DNA from: an uncultured Acidobacteriota bacterium
GTDB taxonomy: Bacteria; Acidobacteriota; Thermoanaerobaculia; UBA5066; Gp7-AA6
Assembly: GCA_963764715.1 (NCBI GenBank)
Contig: CAVXTP010000001.1
Coordinates: 11,504-75,503, forward strand
Direction of reading: 5' to 3'
DNA length: 64,000 nucleotides
Under the pieces are notes generated by a model. It saw nothing but the letters and a program-made list of their open reading frames with translations. It did not search any database and had not been told where the DNA came from. A program made the position numbers and the translations under genes. Below, piece by piece: positions 38,293-48,198 of this stretch; the stretch's first letter is position 1, and every line of letters begins with the position of its first letter.

Positions 38293-40871
38293 TTCAGGTC
38301 CCTCACGCGGTACAGGGTCGAAAGAATGCGATTGAACCCCGCCGTCATGATCCGCCCGTCGGGGATGACGCGGGCCGGGCCGAACGCCGTCACGCCGGCG
38401 CTGTCGGGACCGACGAGGTCCCGGACGTGCGTTCGGTGGCCGGAGACGATGTCGATCAAGTCGACGCGGCAGGGAATGCCCACAACCGAGACGTAGAGGC
38501 CCTTTCCGTCCGCCGACCAGCCCGCGGGATAGTCGCCAACCTGCGAGGCGGGCAGATCCACGGGCGGTCCGCCGCCGACCGGATAGAGATGGACCTTCTG
38601 GTCGGGGCCGGTCGCCGTGACGAAGCGACCGTCGGGGGACACAAACAGGCGGCTCGGGTTCAGACCTTCCGCGCTGATCGGGGTCGGCTTCCCTCCCGCA
38701 ACGGGCTGGGCATACAGCCGCGCTCCATGGCCCGGCGCCGCGGCTTCGAAGAAGAATTTCGACCCGTCCGGAAGGAACGCGCCGTACGTGGGCCTCCCGA
38801 GCCCGTCCGGCGGGAACTCGCGGGGCTGCCCCGCCTTGACCGGAACGAGCACGAAGTGGGACGGCTCGGTGTAGGTCCGCGTCAGGGCCCAGGCGGCGTC
38901 CGGCGAGAGCGCCAGCCCCACCCCGTCGCCGAGTCGCACGGCGGGGGATCCATCCGTTTGCCGCAGGTACACCGACCCGTTGGCGCCTCCGCCCTCGCCC
39001 GATTCGTCGAACAGAAGGAGCTTCCCGTCGCTGGACAAAGCGCGATCGCCCGACCAGTCGAACCAGCCCAGATCGCGGCCCGCCGACTGATCCGGCAGGA
39101 ATGCCAGGACTCCGGAGCGATAGTCGTCCTCCGTGACGAGAGCGTTCGTGCCGGCCAGATCGAGCAGGGCCGGTGTTCCTTGCATCGTCCGAAGCAGGCG
39201 CAGCTTGCCCGAAAGCGTAACCGCCCAGATCTCACGCTCGATGCCCTGGCTTGCGGCCGTAAACCAGATCTCGCGTCCTCCCGGCGCCCAGACGAGGCCC
39301 TGGACGGTGGACCATCCCCCGGCGAGGTCGAGCTTCTTCCCCGAACGGTCCACGACGGCGATCGTGCCGTCGTCCCCGAATCCCGGGTGATCGATGAAGC
39401 CGATCTGCGATCCGTCCGGCGAGAAGCGCGGGCCCTGGATCCAGCCGGCCGTTTCGTAGAGCACCTTGCCGATCGGGAATTCGAGGCGCTCCTTTCCCGA
39501 CGTTCGCTGGACCACCGCGAGATCCGTCCCTCCCGGCGCCCAATCGGCATACGTCACGTCCTGCAGGATCTCCTTCGGCGCGCCCCCCGAGAGCGGCGCC
39601 CTCGCGAGCGTTCCGGTGTAGGCGAAGCCGGCCGGAGACGGTTTCGAGTCGAGTTGAATCGCAACCTCGCCGCCGGAGGAGATTCCGAGCAGGTTCGCCG
39701 CCGGGAGATTCAGCGCGGAGGATTCCGGATTTCCCGGCCTCAGGGAATAGATGCGAGGAGCGGCGCCTTCCCAGGCGGCACCGTAATAGACGGTCTGGCC
39801 GTCGGGCCCGAACCGGGCCGCGAGGATCGTCCCTCGCTGAAACGTCAGGCGCTGGAAGGTGGGCTGAGCTGCCGGAGCCGCCCGACGGCCGACGAACAGG
39901 CCGACCGCCGCGCCGAGAAGGATTCCGGCCGCGACGAGCGGGATCGCCCACGACCTCCGGCGCACCGGCTCGGCGACGGCCATCCCTCCGGAGGCCGACG
40001 TCGTGACCTCCGAAATGTGCTCGCGCACGCTCTTCAAGTCCCTCGCGAGGTCGCGCGTCGACGCATAGCGCTCGTCGGCGTCCTTGGCGAGGCAGCGTTC
40101 CACGATCCATCGGAACGGGGCGGGCGCGCGCGGGTTGACCTGCGCGACCGGCTCCGGTTCGTCCCGGATGATCGCCGTCAGCGTCTCCGCGCCCGTGTTC
40201 TTCTGAAACGCGCGCTTCGAGGTCGCCATCTCGTACAGGATCGAGCCCAGCGCAAACTGGTCGGACCGGAAGTCGACCGGGCGGCCGCTCGCCTGCTCCG
40301 GGGACATGTACCCCACCGTTCCCATCACCGTGCCGGGCTGTGTCTCCTGGGGGATCGCGGTCGGGGCCCCGGACTCCTTGTCGCTCGGCGCGACGAAGAG
40401 CTTCGCGAGACCGAAGTCGAGGATCTTGACGAAGCCGTCCTTCGTGACCATCACGTTTTCGGGTTTCAGGTCGCGGTGGACGATCCCTGCGCCGTGCGCC
40501 TTGGCGAGGCCTTCCGCGATCTGGACGGCGACGTCGAGCAGCTTCTTGCCCGCGAGGGGCCCGGAGGCGAGCAGCTCGCGCAGGCTCGCGCCTTCGACCA
40601 GCTCCATCGCGAGGTAGGGGGACCCGTCCGAGGATCCGATCTCGTGGATCGTGATGATGTTGGGATGGTTGAGGGCGGACGCAGCTCGCGCCTCCTGCTC
40701 GAAGCGCTTGAGGCGGTCCGGGTCCTGCGAGAACGAGGCCGGCAGGACCTTGATGGCCAGCTCGCGCGAGAGGCGGGGATCCTTCGCGCGATAAACCTCC
40801 CCCATGCCTCCCGCCCCGAGAGGCGCAAGGATCTCGTAGGGTCCGAGCTTTGTTCCGGCGGAGAGGGTCAA
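38289..40871 (-). CDS. receptor-type Ser/Thr protein kinase with TolB-like beta-propeller (paralog 6)
   Basis: Same architecture as paralog 1. Kinase domain most similar to paralog 1. Confidence 0.8.
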   Translation of the reverse strand: MTLSAGTKLGPYEILAPLGAGGMGEVYRAKDPRLSRELAIKVLPASFSQDPDRLKRFEQEARAASALNHPNIITIHEIGSSDGSPYLAMELVEGASLRELLASGPLAGKKLLDVAVQIAEGLAKAHGAGIVHRDLKPENVMVTKDGFVKILDFGLAKLFVAPSDKESGAPTAIPQETQPGTVMGTVGYMSPEQASGRPVDFRSDQFALGSILYEMATSKRAFQKNTGAETLTAIIRDEPEPVAQVNPRAPAPFRWIVERCLAKDADERYASTRDLARDLKSVREHISEVTTSASGGMAVAEPVRRRSWAIPLVAAGILLGAAVGLFVGRRAAPAAQPTFQRLTFQRGTILAARFGPDGQTVYYGAAWEGAAPRIYSLRPGNPESSALNLPAANLLGISSGGEVAIQLDSKPSPAGFAYTGTLARAPLSGGAPKEILQDVTYADWAPGGTDLAVVQRTSGKERLEFPIGKVLYETAGWIQGPRFSPDGSQIGFIDHPGFGDDGTIAVVDRSGKKLDLAGGWSTVQGLVWAPGGREIWFTAASQGIEREIWAVTLSGKLRLLRTMQGTPALLDLAGTNALVTEDDYRSGVLAFLPDQSAGRDLGWFDWSGDRALSSDGKLLLFDESGEGGGANGSVYLRQTDGSPAVRLGDGVGLALSPDAAWALTRTYTEPSHFVLVPVKAGQPREFPPDGLGRPTYGAFLPDGSKFFFEAAAPGHGARLYAQPVAGGKPTPISAEGLNPSRLFVSPDGRFVTATGPDQKVHLYPVGGGPPVDLPASQVGDYPAGWSADGKGLYVSVVGIPCRVDLIDIVSGHRTHVRDLVGPDSAGVTAFGPARVIPDGRIMTAGFNRILSTLYRVRDLK

Positions 40872-40903
40872 GTCGGGGCGATTCTACGACGGCCGCGCTT
40901 CGT

Positions 40904-43594
40904 CTAACCGGCGGCAGCAATGAGCTTCTGAAACCGAGGATTCCCGCGCAGCGGATCGAAGTTCGGGTCGATCTTCAGCCAGCCGGGCGAAAGGATGTAG
41001 GGGATCTTTAGAAGGGGCTCGAGCTGGTCGAGCGCTTTGTCGGGCTCCCCCGCCAGGATGTAGATCCGCGCGAGCTGGTGCTGCAGGAATGGGCCGGTGA
41101 ACCCGTCCTTCGCGATCGGGAGCATCGCCACGCCCTTCTGCGCCTCGGCGATCCCCTGCGCGGTGTCGCCCGCGTAGGCGAGCGCCAGACCGAGGCCCAC
41201 GCGGCGCTGCGCGTCCTCGGGGGAGGACTGCAGCTGCTCCTCGATCGCCTTCCTTGCCGCGTCGGCGTGCGCGCGCGTCTTCGCCGCGTCGCCGCGGAGG
41301 GCCCAGGCCTGCGCGAGGCAGAGGCCCCAGGTGGCGCGATCGCCGTCGAAGGCGCTCGGCGCCAGGCTCACGAGAAGGTCTCGCTGCTTCTCGTCGAGGA
41401 GCCACACGACGTCCCAGTAGGCCGCCACGTAGGCGACGAGCGCCGCGGGTTCGACCTCCCGGGGCGCCGCGGCGAGCACGCTCCTCGCTCCCGCCAGATC
41501 GGCCTCTCCGAGAAACGTCATGGCCTTGCCTTCGATCAGGCCGAGGTGCGTCGGCGCGATGACGAGCCCCCGGTCGAAGGCCTCCCGCGCCGGGGAAAAG
41601 CGACGAAGCCAGTAGTACGCGTCGCCCAGCCGGCGCAGCACGCTGACCGAGCGGGGGTCGAGCCGTTCCGCCTTCTGCAGCGTCTCGACGGCGGCGTCCC
41701 ACCGGCCGAGCGCCACATCGGCCACGGCGATCGCCGAGAGCAGGTCGGCGTTTCCGGGCGAAAGGGCCCGCGCGCGGGCGTACTGCTCGAGGGCCCGGTC
41801 GGAGTCCTTCGTCACGAGCCGTTCGTACTGGCCCATGGCGACGTAACCGTCCGGGCGATTCGGCGCGAGGCGGACGGCCCGCTCGGCGGCCTGCCGCGCG
41901 GCCTCGGCGAGCGCGGGCGTCGGCCCGCTGTTGCCGTAGAGCATGGAGTTCGCCCTCGAAACCCTCGCCCAGGCCTGCGCAAACCCGGCATCGAGCGCCA
42001 CGGCCCGCTCGTAGAAGGAGAGGGCCTGGCGCAGGCTCGGCGGGTCCTGGACACCCATGCTCCGGGAGACCTGCTCGCCCCGGAGAAACTCGTCGTACGC
42101 GGCGAGGTCCTTCGTGGGCCTTTCGTTCAACTGCTGCTGCTCGCGCGGCTGGAGCACGACGCCGAGCTCCTGCGCCACGCGCGAGGCGATGTCCGACTGC
42201 ACCTGGAACACGTTGGTCAGGGCGGCGTCGAAGGGCTGCTGCCACTTGGACGCCGGCGCCTCCGAGCCCGCCACTTCGACGAGCTCCGTCGAGACGTGCA
42301 CCCGACTCTCCGCCGCGGCCTTGTCCCAGCGCACCGTCGCGGTCAGGAGGTATCGCACGCCGAGCTCCCGGGCGATCTCCTGAGGCGTCTTCGTCGTCTT
42401 GCGGTAGGGAGTCGAGCTGCCGCGCGCGATCACCTGCAGCCCCGGCAGGAGCGTCAGCTTGCCGCGGACCTCGTCGGCGATCCCGTCGGCGAAGTACTCG
42501 TCCTCGGGCGCGCCGAGATTTTCGAACGGCAGCACGGCGAGTCGGGTCGGGGCGGCCGGAGCCGCCGCGGTGGTCTTCGCCGGCCGTTGCGGCCTCAGCA
42601 GGAGGAAGAGGCCGACGGCGGCGGCGAGCCCGATCCCGCCCCAGAGGGCGAGCCGGCCGACCGGTCTCCGGCGCCTCCGGGGCGGAGGAGGCTCGGGCGC
42701 AACGGGCCGGGGGCCGCTTCCCGCCACCGCGGCCGCCGCGGAGAGCGAGGCCTCCGAGAGCGCGAAGACGACGTCCTTGGCCGACTGAAAACGGTGGTTC
42801 GGGTTTTTCTCCAGACAGTGGCGCACGACGTGGTCGAGAGCCGGCGCGATCCCGCGACCGGACTCGGCCGGATCGGGCGGTTCGTCGCGCAGGATCGCCG
42901 TCATGGTCTCGATCGCAGAGGTCCGCCGGAAGGCCCGCTGGCCCGACAGCATCTCGTAGAGGATCGCTCCGAACGAAAAGATGTCCGAGCGGTGATCGGT
43001 TTTCGCGGCGCGCACCTGCTCCGGTGACATGTAGCCGGCCGTGCCGAGCACGACGCCGGGTTCGGTCAGGCCCGGGTCGGTGAGCGCCGGCGACGCCGAG
43101 CCCGCGGGGTCGCCGCCGACGCGCTTGGCGAGCCCGAAGTCGAGGATCTTCAAATGCCCTGCGTTGGTCACGAAAATGTTCTCGGGCTTCAGGTCCCGGT
43201 GGACGACCCCCTTCTCGTGCGCCGCGGAGAGCCCACGCGCGATCTGGAGCGCGTAGTCGACGGCCGCCGCCTCGGTGAGAGGGCCCGCCTCGAGGCGTCC
43301 GCGCAGCGTGTCGCCCTCGAGCAGCTCGGTGACGGCGTACGCGACGCCCTGCGCGCTTCCGAACTCGTGGATCGCAAGGATGTTCGGATGCGACAGGGCC
43401 GCGACGGCCTTGGCCTCGCGCTCGAACCGCGCATACGCGTCCTGGTCCAGCGCGAGGTTCCCGGGCAGCACCTTGATCGCCACCTCGCGATCGAGCGTCG
43501 TGTCGCGGGCGCGGTAGACCTCCCCCATGCCTCCGGCTCCGAGGGGCGCAAGCACCTCGTAGTGGCCGAGGAGGCTGCCCTCGGAGAGTGGCAT
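40904..43594 (-). CDS. Ser/Thr protein kinase with TM segment, TolB-N-like region and C-terminal TPR repeats
   Basis: Kinase motifs ([15 protein letters not shown]). Start taken at MPLSEGSLLGHYEV. The C-terminal half is TPR-rich rather than a propeller. Confidence 0.75.
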   Translation of the reverse strand: MPLSEGSLLGHYEVLAPLGAGGMGEVYRARDTTLDREVAIKVLPGNLALDQDAYARFEREAKAVAALSHPNILAIHEFGSAQGVAYAVTELLEGDTLRGRLEAGPLTEAAAVDYALQIARGLSAAHEKGVVHRDLKPENIFVTNAGHLKILDFGLAKRVGGDPAGSASPALTDPGLTEPGVVLGTAGYMSPEQVRAAKTDHRSDIFSFGAILYEMLSGQRAFRRTSAIETMTAILRDEPPDPAESGRGIAPALDHVVRHCLEKNPNHRFQSAKDVVFALSEASLSAAAAVAGSGPRPVAPEPPPPRRRRRPVGRLALWGGIGLAAAVGLFLLLRPQRPAKTTAAAPAAPTRLAVLPFENLGAPEDEYFADGIADEVRGKLTLLPGLQVIARGSSTPYRKTTKTPQEIARELGVRYLLTATVRWDKAAAESRVHVSTELVEVAGSEAPASKWQQPFDAALTNVFQVQSDIASRVAQELGVVLQPREQQQLNERPTKDLAAYDEFLRGEQVSRSMGVQDPPSLRQALSFYERAVALDAGFAQAWARVSRANSMLYGNSGPTPALAEAARQAAERAVRLAPNRPDGYVAMGQYERLVTKDSDRALEQYARARALSPGNADLLSAIAVADVALGRWDAAVETLQKAERLDPRSVSVLRRLGDAYYWLRRFSPAREAFDRGLVIAPTHLGLIEGKAMTFLGEADLAGARSVLAAAPREVEPAALVAYVAAYWDVVWLLDEKQRDLLVSLAPSAFDGDRATWGLCLAQAWALRGDAAKTRAHADAARKAIEEQLQSSPEDAQRRVGLGLALAYAGDTAQGIAEAQKGVAMLPIAKDGFTGPFLQHQLARIYILAGEPDKALDQLEPLLKIPYILSPGWLKIDPNFDPLRGNPRFQKLIAAAG

Positions 43595-43664
43595 CGGGCG
43601 TTGTCCGGATTCTACCCGCAGTCGTGGAATATCCTTGCCGCGCTTACTCAATCGAAAGGCCGTC

Positions 43665-45872
43665 ATGAGACCAGCGCCGACGCGTCGCCTCGCCTCGCTC
43701 ATCGCCCTTCTCGGGGCCCTTCCGCTCCTGGCCCAGACCCCGCGCGAGCTCACCGTCGACTGGATCTACGGCGAGGAAGCGACCGCGGCGGCGAGGCTTC
43801 CGAAGTTCGCCTGGACGACCGCCGACGACGTCCTCGTCCTCGATGAGCGGGCCGCTCCGCCCCGGCGGACGATCGAGCGGATCCGGGCGAAGACCGGGCA
43901 GCGCTCCGCGGCCGTCGACGCCGCCGCCGCGCTCGCGAGCCTCCGGGCGATCTCTTCGGAGAACGCCCCGGCGTCCCTCGCCTGGCCGGAGGCGTTCGAT
44001 CCCGCGGGAGCCACCGGGATCTACGTCCTGGGAGACGACCTCTACGCCCTCGACCTGGCGGCGTCGCGCTTCTCGCGCCTGACCACGACGGACGCGAAGG
44101 AGACCCTGCCTCGATTCTCGCCGGACGGCCGGAAGCTCGCGTTCGTCCGAAGCAATGACCTCTACGTGATGGACCTCGCCACGAAGCGGGAGTCGCGGCT
44201 CACCTCCGACGGAAGCGACACGATCTTGAACGGCACGCTCTCCTGGGTCTACTGGGAAGAAATCTTCGACCGCGGCGATACCGGTTACTGGTGGTCGCCC
44301 GACTCGAAGTCCATCGCCTTTCTGCGGACCGACGAATCCGGCGTCGACGTCACGACGTTCACCGACTTCGCTCCGGCGGTGCCGCGCGAGATTCGCCAGC
44401 GCTACCCGCGAACGGGCCGGCCGAACCCGGCCGTCCGACTCGCAATCACGGACCTCGCCGGGGCGAAGACGGCCTGGATGGAGCCGTCCGGAGCCGCCTA
44501 CGAGTACCTCCTCGGCGTGGACTGGCTGCCCGACAGCTCCGCCGTCGTCGTCCAGACGATGAACCGGGCCCAGACGAAGCTCGACGTCTGGCGATTCGAT
44601 CGCGCCGCCGGGAGAGCGACCGTGGTCCTGAGCGACAGCGATCCCGCCCTCGTGTACCAGAAGGAGATCCAGTTCGCGGACGGCGGGAGAACGTGGATCG
44701 TCTCGTTCGAGAAGAACGGCTACACGCACCTGTACCGCTACGGCGCCGACGGCGTTCGGAAGAACGCGATCACGCAGGGCGACTGGTCGGTCCGCGGAGG
44801 CGGCGGGTACGACGCGCCCCAGGGTTCGACCTTCATCGACGACGTGAGCGGCGACATCTATTTCTCGTCGACCGAGAAATCGCCTCTCGAATCCCACATC
44901 TACCGGATCCGGTCCGACGGCACCGGAAAGGTCCGCATCACGAAGGACGACGGAACGCACAAGGTCACGTTCTCTCCGGACCGCCGCTACTTCGTGGATG
45001 CGTACTCGAACCGGAACACCCTGCCGTCGCTGGCGCTGTACGCCGCTTCCGGCGAGCGGCTGGCGACGATCTGGGAAACCGGGCCGGACTTCCTCGCGCC
45101 CTACGGTCTGACCGCCCGCGAGCTCCTCACGATCCCGGCGCCCGACGGCTTCCCCATCCCGGCGAGCATCCTGAAGCCGGCGGATTTCGACCCCGCCAGG
45201 AAGTATCCCGTCCTCATCCACGTCTACGGAGGGCCGGGCTCTCCGATCGTCCTGGACCGCTGGGGCCGCGACGATCTCTTCGAGCACCTTCTCGTCCAGC
45301 AGGGCTACGTCGTGGCGTCCTTCGATCCGCGCAGCGCCGCGGGTCGGAGCAAGGCGCTGGAGGACCCCGTCGTCGGCAAGATGATGAGCGACTCCGAGCT
45401 CGCCGACCTCCAGGCCGCCGTGAAGTGGCTCAAGGCCCAGTCCTGGGCGGACCCGTCGCGTTTCGGCATCTGGGGCTGGAGCGGCGGGGGCTCCTACACG
45501 CTCCTTGCGATGACCAGGACGTCGGAGTTCAAGGCCGGCATCGCCGGCGCGCCCGTGACCGACTGGCACTTCTACGACACGAAGTTCGGCGAGGCCTACA
45601 TGCAGACCGCGGAGACGAACCCGGAGGGCTACGCTTACACGTCCTTCGTGAAGCGCGCGAAGGACCTCTCGGGGCGGCTGCTCCTGGTCTTCGGGACCTA
45701 CGACGACAACGTCCACCCGCAGAACGAGTGGGCCTTCGCAGACGCCCTGATCGCGGCGGGCAAGCCCTTCGACATCATGGTCTACCCGATGCGCAAGCAC
45801 GGCTTCGTCGACAAGCCGGCGATCCGCCACCGGGCCGCGAAGATGCTGGAGTTCTGGAAGCTCTACCTTTGA
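43665..45872 (+). CDS. S9-family prolyl oligopeptidase / dipeptidyl-peptidase IV-like
   Basis: Signal peptide, beta-propeller region, and a C-terminal alpha/beta hydrolase with GWSGGG nucleophile elbow. Confidence 0.7.
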   Translation: MRPAPTRRLASLIALLGALPLLAQTPRELTVDWIYGEEATAAARLPKFAWTTADDVLVLDERAAPPRRTIERIRAKTGQRSAAVDAAAALASLRAISSENAPASLAWPEAFDPAGATGIYVLGDDLYALDLAASRFSRLTTTDAKETLPRFSPDGRKLAFVRSNDLYVMDLATKRESRLTSDGSDTILNGTLSWVYWEEIFDRGDTGYWWSPDSKSIAFLRTDESGVDVTTFTDFAPAVPREIRQRYPRTGRPNPAVRLAITDLAGAKTAWMEPSGAAYEYLLGVDWLPDSSAVVVQTMNRAQTKLDVWRFDRAAGRATVVLSDSDPALVYQKEIQFADGGRTWIVSFEKNGYTHLYRYGADGVRKNAITQGDWSVRGGGGYDAPQGSTFIDDVSGDIYFSSTEKSPLESHIYRIRSDGTGKVRITKDDGTHKVTFSPDRRYFVDAYSNRNTLPSLALYAASGERLATIWETGPDFLAPYGLTARELLTIPAPDGFPIPASILKPADFDPARKYPVLIHVYGGPGSPIVLDRWGRDDLFEHLLVQQGYVVASFDPRSAAGRSKALEDPVVGKMMSDSELADLQAAVKWLKAQSWADPSRFGIWGWSGGGSYTLLAMTRTSEFKAGIAGAPVTDWHFYDTKFGEAYMQTAETNPEGYAYTSFVKRAKDLSGRLLLVFGTYDDNVHPQNEWAFADALIAAGKPFDIMVYPMRKHGFVDKPAIRHRAAKMLEFWKLYL

Positions 45873-45900
45873 CGCCTGAACCTCGGCGAAGCTCCCGGTC

Positions 45901-45957
45901 GTAGGGGCGGCCCTTGCGGCCGCCCTCGGACGGGGACGAGCCCCGCCCCCTGCCCGG
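45901..45957. repeat. GC-rich REP-like palindromes (GTAGGGGCGG...CCGCC ; GGACGGGGACGAGCCCCGCCCCC)
   Basis: Same family as at 11.4 kb and 20.9 kb. Lies in a convergent intergenic region. Confidence 0.6.
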
Positions 45958-45975
45958 AGCCGGAACGACGCTGCT

Positions 45976-46809
45976 TCAGCCCCGCATCGCCAGAAGCCGC
46001 CGGATCCGCTCTTCGAGCGGCGGGTGGGTCGAGAAGAGCGCCATGAGGCCTCCGCCCGTCAGCGGATTGACGATGCAGAGGTGGGCGTTCGTCGGCGTCG
46101 CGCCCTCGAGCGGAATGCGGCCGGACGCGGCGCCGAGCTTCTCGAGCGCGCTCGCGAGCGGGCGCGGGTCTCCCATGAGCGTCGCTCCCGAGGCGTCGGC
46201 GCCGTACTCGCGGCTCCGGCTGACGGCGAACTGGATGAGCATCGCGGCGATCGGGGCGAGGATCACGAAGAGCAGGGCGAGCGGGTTCCCGCCGCCGCGG
46301 CGGTCGTCGCCGCTCCTCGGCGTCATGTAGGCGAACCGCGTCAGGAACGTCAGCGCGCCGGCGAGCGTCGCGGCGATCGACGACGTCAGGATGTCGCGGT
46401 TCAGGACGTGGGAGATCTCGTGGGCGAGAACCCCCTCGAGCTCGGCCTCGTTCATCGCCTGGAGGATGCCCTCCGTCGCGGCGACCGCGGCGTGCTGCGG
46501 GTTGCGCCCGGTCGCGAAGGCGTTCAAGGCCGGGCTCGGGACGACGTAGAGCCGCGGCATCGGGATGCCGGCCTTGCTCGCCAGGCGCTGGACGATCGCG
46601 TGGAGCTTCGGCGACTCGGCCTCGGTGACGGGCTGCGCCCGGTAGGCGGCGAGCGCGAGCTTGTCGCTGAAGAAGTACGAGACGAAGTTCATCACCGCCG
46701 AGAAGGCCAGGGCGAGGAGCATCCCCTGCTCGCCTCCGAGGGCGTACCCCGCGAGCAGGAAGAGTCCCGTGAGGAGCCCCAGCAGGAGCGTGGTCTTCAT
46801 CATGTTCAT
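45976..46809 (-). CDS. htpX: M48 zinc metalloprotease HtpX
   Basis: HEISH zinc motif. TM segments. Confidence 0.8.
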   Translation of the reverse strand: MNMMKTTLLLGLLTGLFLLAGYALGGEQGMLLALAFSAVMNFVSYFFSDKLALAAYRAQPVTEAESPKLHAIVQRLASKAGIPMPRLYVVPSPALNAFATGRNPQHAAVAATEGILQAMNEAELEGVLAHEISHVLNRDILTSSIAATLAGALTFLTRFAYMTPRSGDDRRGGGNPLALLFVILAPIAAMLIQFAVSRSREYGADASGATLMGDPRPLASALEKLGAASGRIPLEGATPTNAHLCIVNPLTGGGLMALFSTHPPLEERIRRLLAMRG

Positions 46810-46858
46810 CGCCGCACCTCCGCCGTGGTGTCGACGATATCGCTGTAACGGCGGGACG

Positions 46859-48138
46859 CTACTCGTAACGGAGCGCTTCGATCGGATCGAGCCGCGACGC
46901 CTTCACCGCCGGGTACAGGCCGAAGAAGATCCCGACCGACAGCGAGACGACGAGCCCGAGGACGACGGACCACAACGGCGTCTCGGCCGGCAGGGCGTCG
47001 AAGGCCGCCTTGATCGCGGCGGGCACCGCGACGCCGACGGCGACGCCGATGATGCCGCCGAGGACCGAAAGGGTCGTGGCCTCCGTCAGGAACTGCAGCA
47101 CGATGTCCCGGCGAAAGGCGCCGACGGCCTTGCGCACGCCGATCTCCCGCGTCCGCTCGGTCACCGAGACGAGCATGATGTTCATCACGCCCACGCCGCC
47201 GATCACGAGCGACACGAACGCGATGAAGATCATGGCCAGGGTGATGCCCTGGGTGATCCCGCGGAAGCTCTCGATCATCTTGTCCGGCGTGACGATCCCG
47301 AAGTCGTTCGGCTGGTCGAACCGGACGTGGCGCCGGGTCCGCAGGACCTGCTGGACCTTGTCGATGAGGGCGGGGACCTGGTCGGGCCGGTGCGGCACCA
47401 TGGCGATCCGGAGCGCGTCGCCGTCGAGGCCGCCGACCTTGATCCAGGGGAAGCGCCGGTCGAAGGTCGTCAGCGGGATCGTGACGAAGTTGTCCTGCGA
47501 CTCGCCGAACATCTTCCCCTTCTTCTCGAAGACCCCGATCACCGTGTAGGCGTCGTGGCCGAGCGTGATCCGCTTCTGCAGGGGGTCCTCGCCGGGGAAA
47601 GAGCTTCTCCGCGATCTCCGCTCCGAGCACGATGACGTCGGCCGCGTGCTCCACGTCGAGCTCGTTCAGGAACCGTCCCTGCGACACGAAGCGGCTCAGG
47701 GCGACGGCGTAGGGCTCCATCACGCCGAAGACCCTCGGCGACTGGACCTCGTTGTCGCGGTACTTCAGGTGGAAGTTCGAGTTGTCCCAGAGGTAGCGCT
47801 GCGGCGAGACGGCCCGCGCCTCCGGCACCTGCTTCCCGGATCGCTTCGGCGTCGGCGAGGGTCAGGTCCTTCCTCCGCAGCTCCCCTTCCGGGCGCGGCC
47901 CGCCGGGCCCGAAGCGCGGCTCGTACTTCTGGACCATGACGAGGCTCGCGCCGAAGCTCTGGAAGTTGCGGACCATGTTGTTGTTGAAACCGGTGACGAT
48001 CGAGACCATCGCGATGACCGTCGCCACGCCGACGACGATCCCGAGAACCGTCAACCCGGCGCGCAGCTTGTGCAGGCGCACGGCGAGCATCGCGAACCGC
48101 AGGTTCTCCCCGAACCCGCGCCTCAGGTGCTGGAACAC
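46859..48138 (-). pseudogene. FtsX/MacB-type ABC transporter permease interrupted by two +1 frameshifts
   Basis: Three consecutive ORFs (47539-48138, 46806-47828, 46859-47542) together match the intact 425-aa paralog at 48199-49476. Single extra bases near 47594-47597 (C4 run on the coding strand) and near 47830. Confidence 0.55.
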
Positions 48139-48167
48139 GGGCGGACGCTATCAGCAGTCAGGCGCCC

Positions 48168-48190
48168 TGCCTCCTGCCTCCTGCCTCCTG
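48168..48190. repeat. heptamer tandem repeat (CTGCCTC/GCCTCCT) x3; on the minus strand it reads (GGAGGCA)n upstream of the permease start
   Basis: Same unit as the x5 repeat at 7866-7903. Confidence 0.8.
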
Positions 48191-48198
48191 CGGGCGGG

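Noticed and set aside
40884-42245. 453-aa ORF on the minus strand in a different frame from the TPR kinase
   Set aside because: It lies fully within the TPR-kinase gene in another frame and has an Arg/Pro/Gly-rich composition. A GC-frame artefact.
43635-43664. TTG start at 43635 for the S9 peptidase
   Set aside because: The ATG at 43665 gives a canonical signal peptide (MRPAPTRRLASLIALLGALPLLAQ). The upstream extension is unnecessary.
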